A stretch of 62,211 nt of DNA, the filler included, from Choristocarpus tenellus KU-1152 (taxonomy: Eukaryota > Protista > Phaeophyceae), in assembly GCA_964200185.2 (NCBI GenBank). It is 8 parts of 8 records of this genome, joined end to end, with 100 filler letters (N's around TTAATTAATTAA, not from the genome) between each part and the next. Parts side by side here need not be neighbours in the genome. Positions count along the whole stretch, not along the records: positions 9,816 to 12,652 come from CAXNAD020024310.1; positions 12,753 to 19,780 come from CAXNAD020006822.1; positions 19,881 to 22,537 come from CAXNAD020025900.1; positions 22,638 to 31,742 come from CAXNAD020003978.1; 4 more parts are not named here. One strand, written 5' to 3'. Shown one piece after another: positions 11,803-24,875 of this stretch (its first letter is position 1; each line of letters opens with the position of its first letter). A program made the position numbers and the translations under genes. The notes below the pieces were generated by a model that worked only from the letters and a program-made list of their open reading frames with translations, was not told where the DNA came from and did no database searches.

Positions 11803-12224
11803 AATTATAATGTGGTAGAGGATATGAGTCTATGTCCCCCTCGCGAAAATAGACACCTGACGTCCTGACGGCGGATGTAGGTTGGAGTGTGCTTTCATTC
11901 AACACACTTACAGTAGTACGATCTATTTAGCCGTGAAGAACTTTCAGAGGCGTTATATGGTTAGCAATTAGCAACTCTGGTTCAATTAGACTAGTATCCA
12001 ACCCCCAAAAAAGTGACAGAAGAAACAGACCTTCACTCTTTTTTCTTCACACAGACTTCAACTCTCCTATTTATGGGTTCTCAACCAAGAAAATAATACA
12101 CAGTTACACAGTCACCCTCTTTTTTGTATAGTAGTCTAAAACCTCAAGGCTCCTATTAGAGTCTCTCCCTCTCCTTTCAAGCCCAGTCAAAGCTGTTAGC
12201 ATTCCAGAGCCTATCATCTACATC

Positions 12225-12270
12225 TGTTACAGGCGAATAGCACGAGTATTTCTTCCCGCGCTTTAGCTGG
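12225..12270 (+). repeat. LTR-like fragment related to 8402
   Basis: TGTTACAGGCGAATAGCACGAGTATTT resembles TGTTACAGGCGAATCGTGGGAGCATTT. Extent unknown. Confidence 0.4.
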
Positions 12271-12652
12271 CGCGAGCAGTCTACGTGCGTGGGAAACCCC
12301 AAAAGGGGGAAATCCGATTTGCTAAAAAGTTGAAGAATAAAATCTTTAACTCGGGAAAGTCGCAAGGGTTTCCAGATGGAAAGGTCGCAAGGTTTCTCAT
12401 ATATATTTCAATATCTGTAAACCAAAGAAACCACAACGAGAAATGATGATAAGAGACCCTAAAAACGTCTCCAAACAGCTCAGTTCTTCTGACCTAGAGA
12501 CCCCACCTATAGCACTCTCTCTTGCTGATATCGAAAAACATACATATTTCTTATGCTGATTGATTCATTTGAGAGCACCCTTGTTCTGCTGAGCTGACGT
12601 TCGTTAATCTGTGAATTGGAGCTACCCATCCTGTGGAGGTAAGTTTCTGGAG

Positions 12653-12752
12653 NNNNNNNNNNNNNNNNNNNNNNNNNNNNNNNNNNNNNNNNNNNNTTAA
12701 TTAATTAANNNNNNNNNNNNNNNNNNNNNNNNNNNNNNNNNNNNNNNNNNNN
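12653..12752. other. Artificial assembly spacer
   Basis: N44-TTAATTAATTAA-N44. Confidence 0.98.
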
Positions 12753-12829
12753 CCCCTCACAAACCACCCCCCCCCCCAAGATACTTTGACCCAAAAGACC
12801 AATAATATCCACAATGCCCATACATCAAG

Positions 12830-13180
12830 GTTAATCCACAATATTCCATACACCAACACTGAGCATAGTCCTACTTTGAGGTGCAGGACTAGGAAGAGAT
12901 ATTAATTTCAAAGCGATTCCCCGACAAACACCTTCGGATGAGGCTATTCTAATGACCACTTGCAATGCTGGATTGCCATAGTAGTATCGCTGGCAGTCTT
13001 TACAATAGATTAGATCTCTTGATGCAACCCACCACACTTGTGCTGTTGACCTAGTTGAAGTGAACATTCCTAGGATATTGTGTTCTCCAAGCGTTCAGTT
13101 AGAACTAGCCCTCTTACCATACCTTCTTGGTTAAAGTGCCTTGAGACAGAGGATCAGGCCCACAAGGTTGAAGTGAAGAT
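12830..13180 (-). mobile_element. Highly decayed Gypsy integrase zinc-binding remnant
   Basis: WWVASRDLIYCKDCQR...GIALKLISLP resembles WW....D...Y.K.C..CQR...W..I..D.I..LP. Confidence 0.45.
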
Positions 13181-14572
13181 GGCTTCAAGAGCTAATAGTT
13201 CGATTGTTGTCCACCAAATAGGATTACTATTTTTCAGCGGAACGAAACAATTCTCAAGAACCCTTGAAGCTTGATGTCGAGTTGACGATATTGTTTCTTA
13301 GGGATAAAGATCATGATGGTATGCTGCTCTGCAGACTTCCGATTTCTTTATCCTTATTAAATGTTGGGAATTTCCTCAATTAGCCAGCATGCTGTATCCC
13401 CCAAAGGGCCCACTTCCAAGCACTGGTCAGGACCTTTCTCTGGCGTTCAATCCTTTCTTGTGTGCTGGCACCAGTCAGTTCACCACTTGTCAACTTTTCA
13501 CCCTTCTCTGCATGTTCCATTTGAATTTGTGACGTCTCTCTTATCTAGGGGTACAATTACTTTCGTTTCTTCACCATACTGTGAGTGAGACAACAACGAA
13601 AAGTTTTTGTCGTTGTTGACCAAGATACTTATTCGGGCACTATATTTTGGTGTGGGATAACATTAAAGGGAACTATCAACCTCTTAACAGCATGTTATCC
13701 ATAGATGTGAACAAGCAACACATTCATTCATGGTTATTATCTTTTGAATAGAACGCCTTCCAAGTACAACTATAGTGTTGGGGAGAAATTTCAGCAAGTA
13801 TGACATACCAGGAAGGGACAGGACCTCCACTCCTGGTCGTCTCACCAACAACCTTGTAAAAATATGTTATCCACCTTGAAGTCTAAGGACCTGCTGTGTC
13901 ATTTTCCATTAGGATGAGCAATCAAAGACACAAGAAGGCAGTCTGGACCAAGTGGAAACCAATCTTTCCATTCTTGGGAGTAGAATCGTATAAATACTAC
14001 TATTAATAAAATATTTGAATACAAAACAGTAAAATATTGTACAGTTCTCCTATCCAAATCCAAATACACAACTGGCTGCACATATGTGGGAGTTCACCGG
14101 GACTAAGTTGGAGACACCTCACCTTCTCTCAAGAAGGTGTTGCCCTTGAGATGATATACAACGCACAATCTCACTGATTACAAACTTACGCAAGCACTAA
14201 GCATGAAATAAGAACTATATATGTGACCTACTTCGAGGTTGCTTCCCACCAAACACTCCAGAGCTGTTGCATACCCTGGCATACTTGCTTGGGAAGGGAA
14301 GATCGTACAATGGTGGTTTTCAATGGGAGTTTGTTTTGCACACACCCTGTCACCCTCATCATCCACAACAATATTCACACACACAAAATTTGACAAAACA
14401 AACACAAAAACTGACACGCAACCACAAAAACAATACATTTTTCTCAACAAACAGGAGGCGGACGTCCACAGTACATCATTGCACAAAAAAGCACAATACT
14501 ACAACAACAAGATAACAGGTTGTTGATGCCTGCAAAAGGCAAAGTAGTTCTTTCTACAGGTGCAAATGAAGA

Positions 14573-17500
14573 TCAAGTTACGACTGGTTGGTCCTCTGCC
14601 TCCCCACTGATGCTCTCCAACAGCCTGAGCCTCAGGCTCATGATCTCTTCCTGCTCCAGAACATGCAATCCTTCCTCCACTGAGCCCGTGGACAATTCCT
14701 ATCCATTGTTGTAACAACAAAGAAGGCAAAAGCCCAGAAGGGTGGGTGAGTGGGTGGGAGGGGGAAAGTGTGAAAGGGGGAGAGGAGAGGAGGAGATGAA
14801 GCGGTTAGATCACATCGAACAAGTTATATGCATTTGTACGCCTTACCTAGAAGGAAGGTACAACGAGAGTGTGTCAAAAAACATATGATCTTGTGAAAAT
14901 TGCAAAATCAATAATCTCTTCCTTGTATGAAACCTGGTAAGGTGGTGATAACATCCTGAGAAGGGCACATAAGAAGTTGTGCCCCCCCAGCCACCCCACC
15001 CCTCCTAGTAAAGCACACATCTGGCTATTGCCTTCAATGGAGGGTATATGATAACAGGAAAAATGTCAAGAGGCACACTTTCCCTCTAGTTTAAGGACAG
15101 CTAGGTAGCATCCGCCATCAGCATTGCCAGAATGTCGCTCTCATTAGGCATGCGCTTCCTAGAGCTGTCCACATGAACTGCCAAAAAATGAAACAGCAAA
15201 TTGTGCCTTAATGAGTACACACTCAATATTGCCTGAGCATGTCCCATTCAAAGATACCCTTGCAATCCCAATGCATTCCTTGAAACCTCGCCCTGTCTTC
15301 CCCTTCCCCCTCCTAAAAACTATTCGGTGTGCCCTTTTGTATTAGCATGTAGATGATTTCTTATTTATCAATTTTACATTGATGATATGATGTCCCATTG
15401 AGAAGCTGATCTACCTCATCCTTGCTCCAAACAGTCTGCAGTGAGGTTAAAGGAGCCGGCCTCATGGTCATAGCAAGGTTGCCACTTTAGGGCATGTCAA
15501 TGCAAGTAAAGCAAGAGTGAGCCAAATCTAGCCCAAGCCCCATCTTCCAACTTCATGCCATGAATCTCTAGAAATATCTTAGTTTACAGACGCCTCACAG
15601 ATACACTGTACAGAACAGTGCTGAGCACCAACACAACCCTCTGAAGATAGTGCCACTTCCATCCTAATACTCCCACCTTGGGCATGCAATAGATACATCT
15701 ACAAAACAGTGCTCAAGCGTTAGATTGCAAATTCATACTTTGGCACAAAGTAGTACAACGATCTAACAATGTCCCAGCACCCTCACTTCCAGGACCCTAG
15801 GTCCATACTCTACCCTTTGAATATTCCTGTTCCTTGCTGGATCCATCTTACCTCAATGACATGAAGCATCAGCACACCACAGTCACTATTGTTGAACTGC
15901 TTTGGTGCGTTTAGTGGAGGCTGAGACACCAGTGTGAGTGCCTCCAGTTCCTCCTCCTCACCCCTGTTGCTGAGTTCGCTCAGGAGGTACTCCTGGATCG
16001 CCTGGACAAACAACCCCAGACACAAATGCACACATGTGGGGTGGGAGCACCATCAATTCCAAGAGTAGGGTGATGTTGAGAGTGACTATGGTGCATACCC
16101 CGAGATGAGTGGGGGAGGGGCAGTTGGGATAGCACACACAATAGCACAGATGTAAGGGTATTAGAGGACTCAAAGGGGGAAGGAGAGGTGTGCATGTGCA
16201 GGGGAAGATGGGAGCAGGGGACAACAGGTATGCTATTATAGGGATGAACCAAAGGAGTAGAATTGGGAAGTAAGGAATCCAAATGATGACTGGCAGTCAA
16301 ACCTTAGGAAAAGAACCTGTCCTCTGAAGAACCAGTGCTCTAACTAGCACAATATTTACAAAAACGATTCCGTAAAAGTTATTCCTTCCTCTCCCCCTAA
16401 CTCACTATGATATCCCATTCCCCCTAGTCCTCTCAATTACTACCTTTTCTCTCCTTGCCACACTGGGCACCTCCAACTATTCTAACCCTAACCCTGATTT
16501 TTCTCATCATAACATCCAATGTATCAACAGACTGTTCTCCATTTGAAAGCGACTGGCACAACAAAAAGGATATCAAAAATGCAAAGAAAAGATTAAAAAA
16601 TTCCTTCACAATAAAGGGTACTAAAATAATAATATTGGAAAAATATTCAAGAGTTGAGAGTATTTCAAATGCACATGGCAATTGGTAGATCCAATCAGCT
16701 CACCATTTTCATGGTTCTTATTGAGTGATGTGGGTATACTGCCTTGAAGCAATGACCATATGATGCACTAGAGATATTGAACAAAACCAAATACAAGAAC
16801 ATATAGGGTTAGATTCCCATTGCGATCAGAAAGTGACCAAGAGTGACTGAAGTGGTCCTGTGTTCCTTAACAGAATCCCCCACCCCCAGTACCTACACAC
16901 CCATGAAAACCCTATTGCGTAAAATTCTGCTACTCTCAATATCTACCATCACCCTCCTTCCTCAGGGCCTTGAATACTGAAAGGAGAAAAATGTAACAAA
17001 TAATCAATGTACAAATGAGCAGAGAGCACCCAGCAACTCACTTGCTGATCCTTCCCAGCCTAAGAAAAAACTTACTGAAGTACTCTTGAGTACAAAGTAA
17101 ACATCATCACTGTCTTGTTGGAAGTATCATGTATTACTACAAAAGTCAGCATCATGGCATCATAAATACATAAAACAAAAAAAATCAAGATAAGGACTAC
17201 AGAGTACGAAAGCAAAATTTAGACCAATGAAAATAGTATATATACTCTGTAGTATGAAGTATACCAGATTGAGATAATCGGACGGGAATTGGAACCTCGC
17301 CTACTCGACCACTCCTACCACTATAATATCAGCATGACCTGGACACAAAAGTATGGAAACATCAACCACACCAAGATTATTTCGCCCAACAGCTCACATA
17401 TTCCACACTATCTCCGCAAAGCAGTAAATCGACCCCCCCACCCCACCCCACCCACCCCCCCTTTCCACCCCCCCATCTTCCCGCACCTCAACATAGTCAA

Positions 17501-19204
17501 TCCCATTCCTTCCTTGCGAATCAAAGAAGGATACTGACGGGTGATGCTCTCCTCCTTCCCTTTTTCCCACCAGATCCACTACCACAAGCACCCAGTGGAT
17601 ATTTCCTTCATTTATAGGGATGAAAACCTTTTCCAGCTCAAACAATGTCTTCCTACCAGTAGGGAGACGAGACGGTTTGGTCCAGCCCTTCACTCGCTGG
17701 TAGTCTACTACAAAATGACCTTCCTGTGGTAGTGTAACGTGCATGTGTGCACAGGTTTCATGGCAGACAGGGGGACAGGGGACAGGCGCTGACTGGTGGC
17801 ATTGCAAGCATATACAAGGCCATGCAGATGGGCACAGCATTGGGAAGAGAGTAGTGGATTGGACGATCACATCTCATTGGGTAAAACAGAAAAAAAAACG
17901 AATAAACCAACTGTGTTTCCTCATGTGGTTTGTGAACAGAGACAAAAGCTGGTCGGATAGTACACGGTAGGGTATTTGCCCCTTACACACATCCTGATTC
18001 CACCAACACATTAACTCTCTCCCACTCTCAACCAAAAAAGGCCATAAAAAAATAGCATGAAATCTAACGAGACGTGTTCCTCACGGCAAATCTTCAAAAT
18101 ACACATTTCAAAGTAACAAAACAGGTATGCACCTCAATTAACCTTCCTCTTCCCCTTGAATAAAATATAGATTGATAGTATAATCCAGACACACTCTCAA
18201 AAGGGTCTGCACCTCATCATGGGCAGGGCACAGGAAGCCAAAAAATGATGTATCTAGGTAGATGTGGTAGGGGTGTTGCTCCTGGAGCTGCTTCATGCGA
18301 ATATCAATGATCTGCAACCAGAACAGCCATCAGGGTGATCGTGTGGGCATGTATCCGGGAGTGAGCATGTGAAACAGTCTGGGTGCATTTTACGCAGAAC
18401 ACGCATGCCTGCACCATAGCTGAGTTCCCAAAGAGGAACAGAAGTCAACACTCACGATACCTTCTAAGAAGCAGTGACAATGCAATGATCAAAAGGTCTG
18501 AACAATATCTTGAGCAGTCATCTGTCATAATAATTTGGACAACATCAAACACACAAACAAGATTTGCGCCACTTACCGGTCACATGATGTGCACTGTGAG
18601 GGTGCACATCATGCGACTGCTTTCAGCGTGTGGCAACAGCGGCTATAGCTTATTGTGCATGCACCATGACAAGTTTTTGTGGCCCTGATATGGGCAATAT
18701 ACAGCGTTCAAAAGAACAACTTGTTCCTAGGTGACAACGCATCACCATCAGACAAGAACCCAGCTAAAAGTCCAACAAATCGCATCCAACTCCAAAAGGT
18801 ATTCTCAATCAATCACTTGCAAAAAACAAAAAATGCTGTAGAGATAGATGTCAGCATGATGCATACATTGTCAGTTGAGAGTGCTTGGGAATGAGTACAA
18901 GACAGACCTGTGAAGTGAGCCAGCCTGAGCTCTCCACAATACGATCAAAATGTGATTGACACAGTCTAATCCCCTTTATCACACGGATTGTAGGTTCACT
19001 CTCATCGTCCCCATGCTCCTCCCTTAGCTCTCCACTGCTGAATTTGTCCGTCTTGTTGTGTAACTGAACGTCCGGTGCCAACAACCCCCCCCCCCACTCC
19101 CCCTTGCCCGAGTCAATGGGCCTGAATCTATACCAAGACCACGAACACAATGCAGCAAAGTTTGACGCGACTCTTTCACTTGAGAATAGGGCACAACCCC
19201 ACAA
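14573..19204 (-). CDS. Ulp1/SENP-family (peptidase C48) SUMO/Ubl protease, 3' exons; 5' end unresolved
   Basis: In-phase GT-AG exons: ?-18908 (SGWLTSQ), 18311-18213 (IIDI...LDTSFFGFL), 17723-17487 (VKGWTK...VFIPINEGNIHWVLVVVD...FFDSQ), 16001-15852 (PKQFNNSDCGVLML), 14698-14573 (EQEEIMSLRLRLLESI...*). His-Asp-Cys triad and oxyanion Gln intact. Confidence 0.9.
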
Positions 19205-19780
19205 CGTGGTTCCCAGTTGTCATCAGTGGCACCATTGCCATCACTAGTGCCTCTCACCTCATTACCACGACTACCGCCCTTTATTCCCAGTTTGCATCCC
19301 CAGTGGTCATCCTCTCTCCCCCCATGACCATGGAGCCAACCACTCCCTCTTGCTGACAACCCCTGGTCTCGTGCAGGTGGCATGTGTGATCTACTTTTGT
19401 CCTTACTTCCCTTACCCCATCTGAACCTATCCAAAATTTTCCCAACGATTCCCCAAGACCCCCCAATACTGCCACCTCCTACTCTATCACCGCAATTATG
19501 CTCCTGGGTATCTAGCAACGAATGCTGCGTTATCTCCACACCAGGTGCTTCTGATGATCCAATGTACCGAGGTTTTATATGAAGGGGGGAAGGCGTGGCA
19601 TTGCAACGGGCAGCACAGGTCTCCTTGCTGTGCTGGGTGGATGGGGACAGGCACAACTCATCATCCTCCACATCCAGGACTTCTGGCGACAGTGGAAGGG
19701 GTAGAGGGTGGGGGGCTGGAGGACTCCGCCTCAGTTTCTGTTCTTCTGAAGCAGAGAGAGGGACGCACGGGCTCTTGTGG

Positions 19781-19880
19781 NNNNNNNNNNNNNNNNNNNN
19801 NNNNNNNNNNNNNNNNNNNNNNNNTTAATTAATTAANNNNNNNNNNNNNNNNNNNNNNNNNNNNNNNNNNNNNNNNNNNN
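19781..19880. other. Artificial assembly spacer
   Basis: N44-TTAATTAATTAA-N44. Confidence 0.98.
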
Positions 19881-20437
19881 CTACACACACACACGAGTAG
19901 GAAAAAAAAAATGTATACAACTCAGTCGTTCCACAAAAAAAAAAGCAACCGAGTTCTCAATACACTCTACTTAGATCAACAGTACTTCCAACGCCTTCTC
20001 AATGGGATGGGAATCTTGTCTGCAGGAAGGCACCATGTACCCCTATCCCTAACCCCAACCATGTACCCCAAACTTTGTACCACTGACTCCCCCTTAGTGA
20101 TGATGATGAACTACTCTATAATAGTGGGTGGCCAGCCTGATGATTTCCCGTCAGAGACTCACCCACATCAACATCATCGAACCTAGATCTCCATGATTGA
20201 TGTGAGGCGTCTTGGGTGTTCCAACCCGTGAAATATTTTCAAATCACCACCTCAAGCATTTACTAGGTTCCAAGTGGTAAAGAACAGTAGGATTTTTCAT
20301 TATTGAAGTATAACAATTATTTGCAATAATAGTTCAAAGTAGTAGTTTTGACAACCAAGAAATTGACTTCGTTCACCTTTGGTGTAGACAAGGACACCAA
20401 CCCTTCCAGCGTCCCCACCAGACCCAGCAGAAGAAGG

Positions 20438-22420
20438 ATGTCTATCGCAATGGAAAGAGATTCATCGAAACTCCTCCCCCTCAAGTACTCACGTGGTGAG
20501 CTCTCGATCATGGACCAACTACAACTCCCCCATACATGTCACTATGAGGATGTTCAAGGTGCTGATGATGCCTTTGCTGTCATCCGCAATATGAAGGTGT
20601 GGCAACGGTAGGGGTTCATATGCTCCTTGCCGATGGTACTGTCAAAAGGAACAACTTCGTGCATGTGTTACATTGTGACGAGATGGGGGACCAACTGTTT
20701 GCATATCTATGGGATGGGCAATTCCACACTCGTACGTAAATCCTTGAGACACTATGGACTCCTGGATTGTTTGGTGTTTGCCACCTTATACCCAATGTCA
20801 GGGCCGGAGGGTACCCATCGTAAAATGCATTTATTTTCGAAGATTTCAAGACCAGCAATAATATCTTCATAGTAATTGTCGTTGTTGTTTGTTAATCTAA
20901 GACGAAGGCACAAGCATGTGTTTTGCGGTAGACAGTGTAAGGCCACTGCCTGTAGCTCATCGTGTTAATAGCAAGATTTTCACTGCGCAATCGATGCTGA
21001 GGAAGCAATGGAGATTTTTGTATGGTTTGCGTGAAACATCGTAGAGTGATGCGCCCAGGCCATGGCATCTTGGTGGTACCCGTAACTACTTTTGTCGTTT
21101 TGTTCATGTTCAACTTGAAAACCACTGGAAGGATGGCAACATTTGCATGCTTCCGTGGGTCACAGGTAGTTTCTGAATGAACTTCAGCGGCAATTCCCTT
21201 CTTAATGTCCGCTAGAATGTATGCTTAATTCCTACTACGATTGAAGTAGATACAACAGAATTTTTATCGATGGTCATGCAGGGTTTCTCTTGCTGGCACG
21301 GCAGACCAACCTCAGGGATATGGCACTGAAACGACGCAACCATTGCAATACACAGAATGACAATTCAGCCAGAGTGTCATTCATGCTGAAAGTAGCAAAA
21401 TGAATCTTGGAGCGAGAGGCATTTCGTTCCGACAACGATGAATGACACTCCCCACTCTCACACACCTGCATCCCGTATCGCTTCTGTTGCTTGCAATGAC
21501 CAGCCTATTTCTTTCCCAAGATCATGCCCCGCTAAGTAATTGGCTACATTTTGTTGCAGATAGTTTTGTCACTTTTCCCGAAACAAGAACTGTGGGTTGG
21601 TCCCCGCATATGACACAAGAACGAAGACTTCGAATCCTCTCGTTGACCTTAACGTATGTCCTCCCCTCTCGCTGTAAAAGGTGAGGGGAGCACCACTAAT
21701 AGCCATTGTCGCAGCGCTGAGCCTAGCAGTGGAATTATCGACGAGCCCTCCCAAGGAGAGTTGTGCTATCAGTACTGAGGCACTTATCTGCACAAGGTCA
21801 GCGGGATAGAGTTTTGCAGAAGGGTCTATAACATGTCTGTGTCGTCTCCCTCATTGTCTGAGATGCCATAAGAAGACCCTCTCTTCCTTTTCCGCAGAGA
21901 ACCAGGAAGCAAGAAAGGTGGAGGAGTGCTTCGTAATAATGCTTTGCTGTCTGTCCTCTTCTTGAAATTCTTTCCATTCACTGTGAAGAAGATTATGGAG
22001 AATTGGTGGCACAAGTCCTTTTTTGCACCCTTGTCCATCCTTGCTCTCCTGCCTTGTCCTCTGTACTCCTTTACTTTGTGTCCATGCAGTTTCTCTTTCT
22101 GCAGCTTTGCCACACTTCTCTCGTTGTATCGGCGTGCTACTGACCACCGCTTCCCCCCCGTAAGACATAATTTGGTGTTGAGCTACTTCAACAAAGGAGT
22201 GAATGATTATGGTACAACGGAGTAGTACCTCTTTCGCCTCCCCTTTCCTCCCTCATCTGCAAACGCCTCCGCCACCAGGGTCAAACATCCTCTTCACCAA
22301 GTTGAAGACTGACTTGAGGTCTAACCCTATAGATTGCACTATTAGCAGACTAGCGAGTACCTTGACGTGTCAATTGTGTGTTTGGAGAGGGGCAATATCC
22401 ACAGCTGTAATAAATATGAA
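20438..22420 (+). pseudogene. MRI1: Methylthioribose-1-phosphate isomerase, 5' exons; probably pseudogenised
   Basis: Exon 20438-20596 (LKYSRGELSIMDQLQLPH...AFAVIRNMK) splices to 21681-21796 (VRGAPLIAIVAALSLAVEL). The expected LxYLxTSRPTAVN exon at 22333 reads LHY*QTS, then about 40 extra nt, then ccACAGCTGTA (PTAV). Confidence 0.8.
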
Positions 22421-22537
22421 TAATATTTCACGTTTCATTTCCCTTTCTCCCTTACCCTAAATGGATGCGGGATTGGATGATGACTGCTCTTTGGGTGGGG
22501 GGGGGGGGGGGGAAACCCTGTTTTTTTGGAGCCCGGG

Positions 22538-22637
22538 NNNNNNNNNNNNNNNNNNNNNNNNNNNNNNNNNNNNNNNNNNNNTTAATTAATTAANNNNNNN
22601 NNNNNNNNNNNNNNNNNNNNNNNNNNNNNNNNNNNNN
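22538..22637. other. Artificial assembly spacer
   Basis: N44-TTAATTAATTAA-N44. Confidence 0.98.
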
Positions 22638-22690
22638 AAATGGACACCCTGGTGTAGACCCCCCCCCCTCTCCCAGATACTTTGGGTCCA
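22638..22690. mobile_element. Partial MITE family B terminus at a contig edge
   Basis: TGGACACCCTGGTGTAGACCCCCCC...CCCAGATACTTTGGG is the reverse complement of the left end of 26110-26293. Similar termini lie at 9816-9878 and 12753-12792. Confidence 0.8.
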
Positions 22691-22899
22691 GTCGAAAAAC
22701 GCAGTAAAAAAGTTGCCATGAGTCGTTTGAAGATAGGAAAGGAGAGCCGTGTAAGGCTGTGGTCAATTGCCTAGTTCTGCACATTCGAGCATATACTGTG
22801 GACTCGCGGATGCCTCATATATATGAAGCTCTTTTGAGAGGGGATACATAGGTGAAGATCAACTCATTGATTTGTGTGAACAAGCCTCCCCAACTCTCC

Positions 22900-23740
22900 T
22901 CTCTAACGTCCTAACCAAATTGGAGTTCAGAGTATGGCATTTTCATTTCGCAAAGAATTTAGAAACCAAGTTCGCCCACAAGCAATTTCGGAGAATAATC
23001 TTATGGGGAACGAAATGGTGAACTGTGGAATGAAAGCAGAACGGATCTTTGGTGACCTCATAGAGGAATTATCCAATCGAAGCGACCAATAAGCATTTGA
23101 CCCAGTCCATCCAAATGCTACAAAATCCACACCTAACAAGGATAAGACACACACTGCTTTTGTGCCAGCCCGTCCAAATGCTGCAAATTCTACACCGGAC
23201 AAGGTTAAGACACACACTGCTTTGGGTACTATGACAAATGTGCGTGCTATATTTGCTAGCTTGTTACACCCTTCTATCGTCTTAGCTGAAACCCCAATCA
23301 TCAGGCAGGAACTGGGAGTATCTCACCAGAACAGGACGTCCATGCAAGAAGAGGTAACAACCAAATCTCGCTGCCACACCAAGAGGTGGCCAACAGTGTA
23401 CGGTGTACTGGCATCCCTCACACCGATGCTTCAACCTGTTTTCGCCCAGAACTCCTCGCCCGCTGTCTGTGTTACCTTAAACAAGCAACCTGTCTCCGTT
23501 CCTGGGTAAAACGGGACCTCATATTTTCCAAGAAGCACTGCATCAAAACCCATTCGACCACTTGCATCCGTTCCCCAGCTTGTGATTCGATCCCACTTGC
23601 TTTAGCCACGGACAGGGCGAGCGAAAGAGGTCGACACCATTCGGGCAAAGACTTACCTCCAATGGCTGCCTCCCAGGACGAAGTCAATACATGGCTGAAG
23701 GTGTTGAAACCTGAATCGAATGCATTGTACATGTAAGCAA
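22900..23740 (+). mobile_element. Possible decayed retroelement (Copia-like gag/RNase H) remnant
   Basis: Degenerate zinc knuckle GQQCTVYWHPSHRC (~23385-23430) and weak resemblance to a Copia RNase H end near 23660-23730. Confidence 0.3.
23102..23223 (+). repeat. 63-bp imperfect tandem duplication (in-frame, 21 codons)
   Basis: CCAGTCCATCCAAATGCTACAAAATCC...AAGACACACACTGCTTT repeated as CCAGCCCGTCCAAATGCTGCAAATTC...AAGACACACACTGCTTT. Confidence 0.85.
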
Positions 23741-24549
23741 AATGCGTAGACTACTAGCAATGAGGAATCATGGTATTGCAAAGCACCGATGAGCGATATG
23801 CATAATGGATAGGTTTGATTGTGCTGCAAAGCACTGATGTATGTATTCTGTTGTAACTGAGGTCATTGATCTCTCAGTCAAGAATGATGCGATGTGAATT
23901 CAGTATTCTTGGTTGCTCAACCCAGAATGATGTGATGTGAATTCAGTGTTCTTTCATATGATACTCAACGAAAGAAGTCTATGCGCTGTGGAGAGGCTTG
24001 TTACCTTGACTGGCAAGGGTTCCGCGGATGGTTTTAACTCTGACTATATTCATCCATGTGTGTGTGTGTTTTGTACACAATTTGCAGAGTGAGTTTGGTG
24101 CATTTTGAGGGATCAATGGCAGTCACGAAGAAATAATAATCAACCATCAACATACAACTGTCACCTGTTGATAAGAAAAAAGAGTGAAAGAAAAACACTT
24201 AAGAGAACAAGAGAACAAAATTGAACCAATATGTGATGCAACTCAAGTGACGTATACTATACTATACTATACTATACTCTTCGTGTGGAACGCAGAGCGA
24301 CTGTTCTGTACTACGGCGTTCTGATAATAACTGATGTGGTGATGATGAACTAGTGAAAGTAACGTCCAGAATGTAACAGACCAATCAACAGTCAGTGTCG
24401 ACTGGTAGAACTGTATAATATCAAGGAACAAACAGATGAGTAGCCTATGTTTCAACAGAAGGCACACCGAGTTTGCTTTCATCATGCCTATGGTCAAGAC
24501 TGCTTCAGTTCCATAGGCGGCGAGTGCAGGTACACACACGACTACTCAG

Positions 24550-24875
24550 TGGTTCCCAAGGGACACTTCTCATAACTTTCGAGAACCCACCAAGAATTTT
24601 CAGGTGCTCAATCCACTGAAGAGTCGAGTACGATCGTAGCCTTAACAGATGCACATATCCAGTAACTACCAGCGATGCAAGACTCGGAAATCCCTCCACT
24701 ATTCGCGAGAAGCCCAACCGATTCGGATGCTTCAGAGGCGTCTTGAAGCTACACCCTGGAGTCTGAAGCTCCAGGGATCCCTGTCATTCTAACTATAGAC
24801 AGCAAGACTCCCATTCCCATCTCGACAATATTCGCCATGACACCTACAATCGTACTAGTCAAGTATGCATATGTG
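24550..24875 (+). mobile_element. Fragment of the same Gypsy family as 2215-2800, lacking the MITE insertion
   Basis: Colinear matches: GAGTCG..TACGAT.GTAGCCTT.ACAGA, GCGATGCA.GACT, CCGATTC, CCTGGAGTCT..AGCTCCAGGGA, ACTAGTCAAGTAT. Confidence 0.8.
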
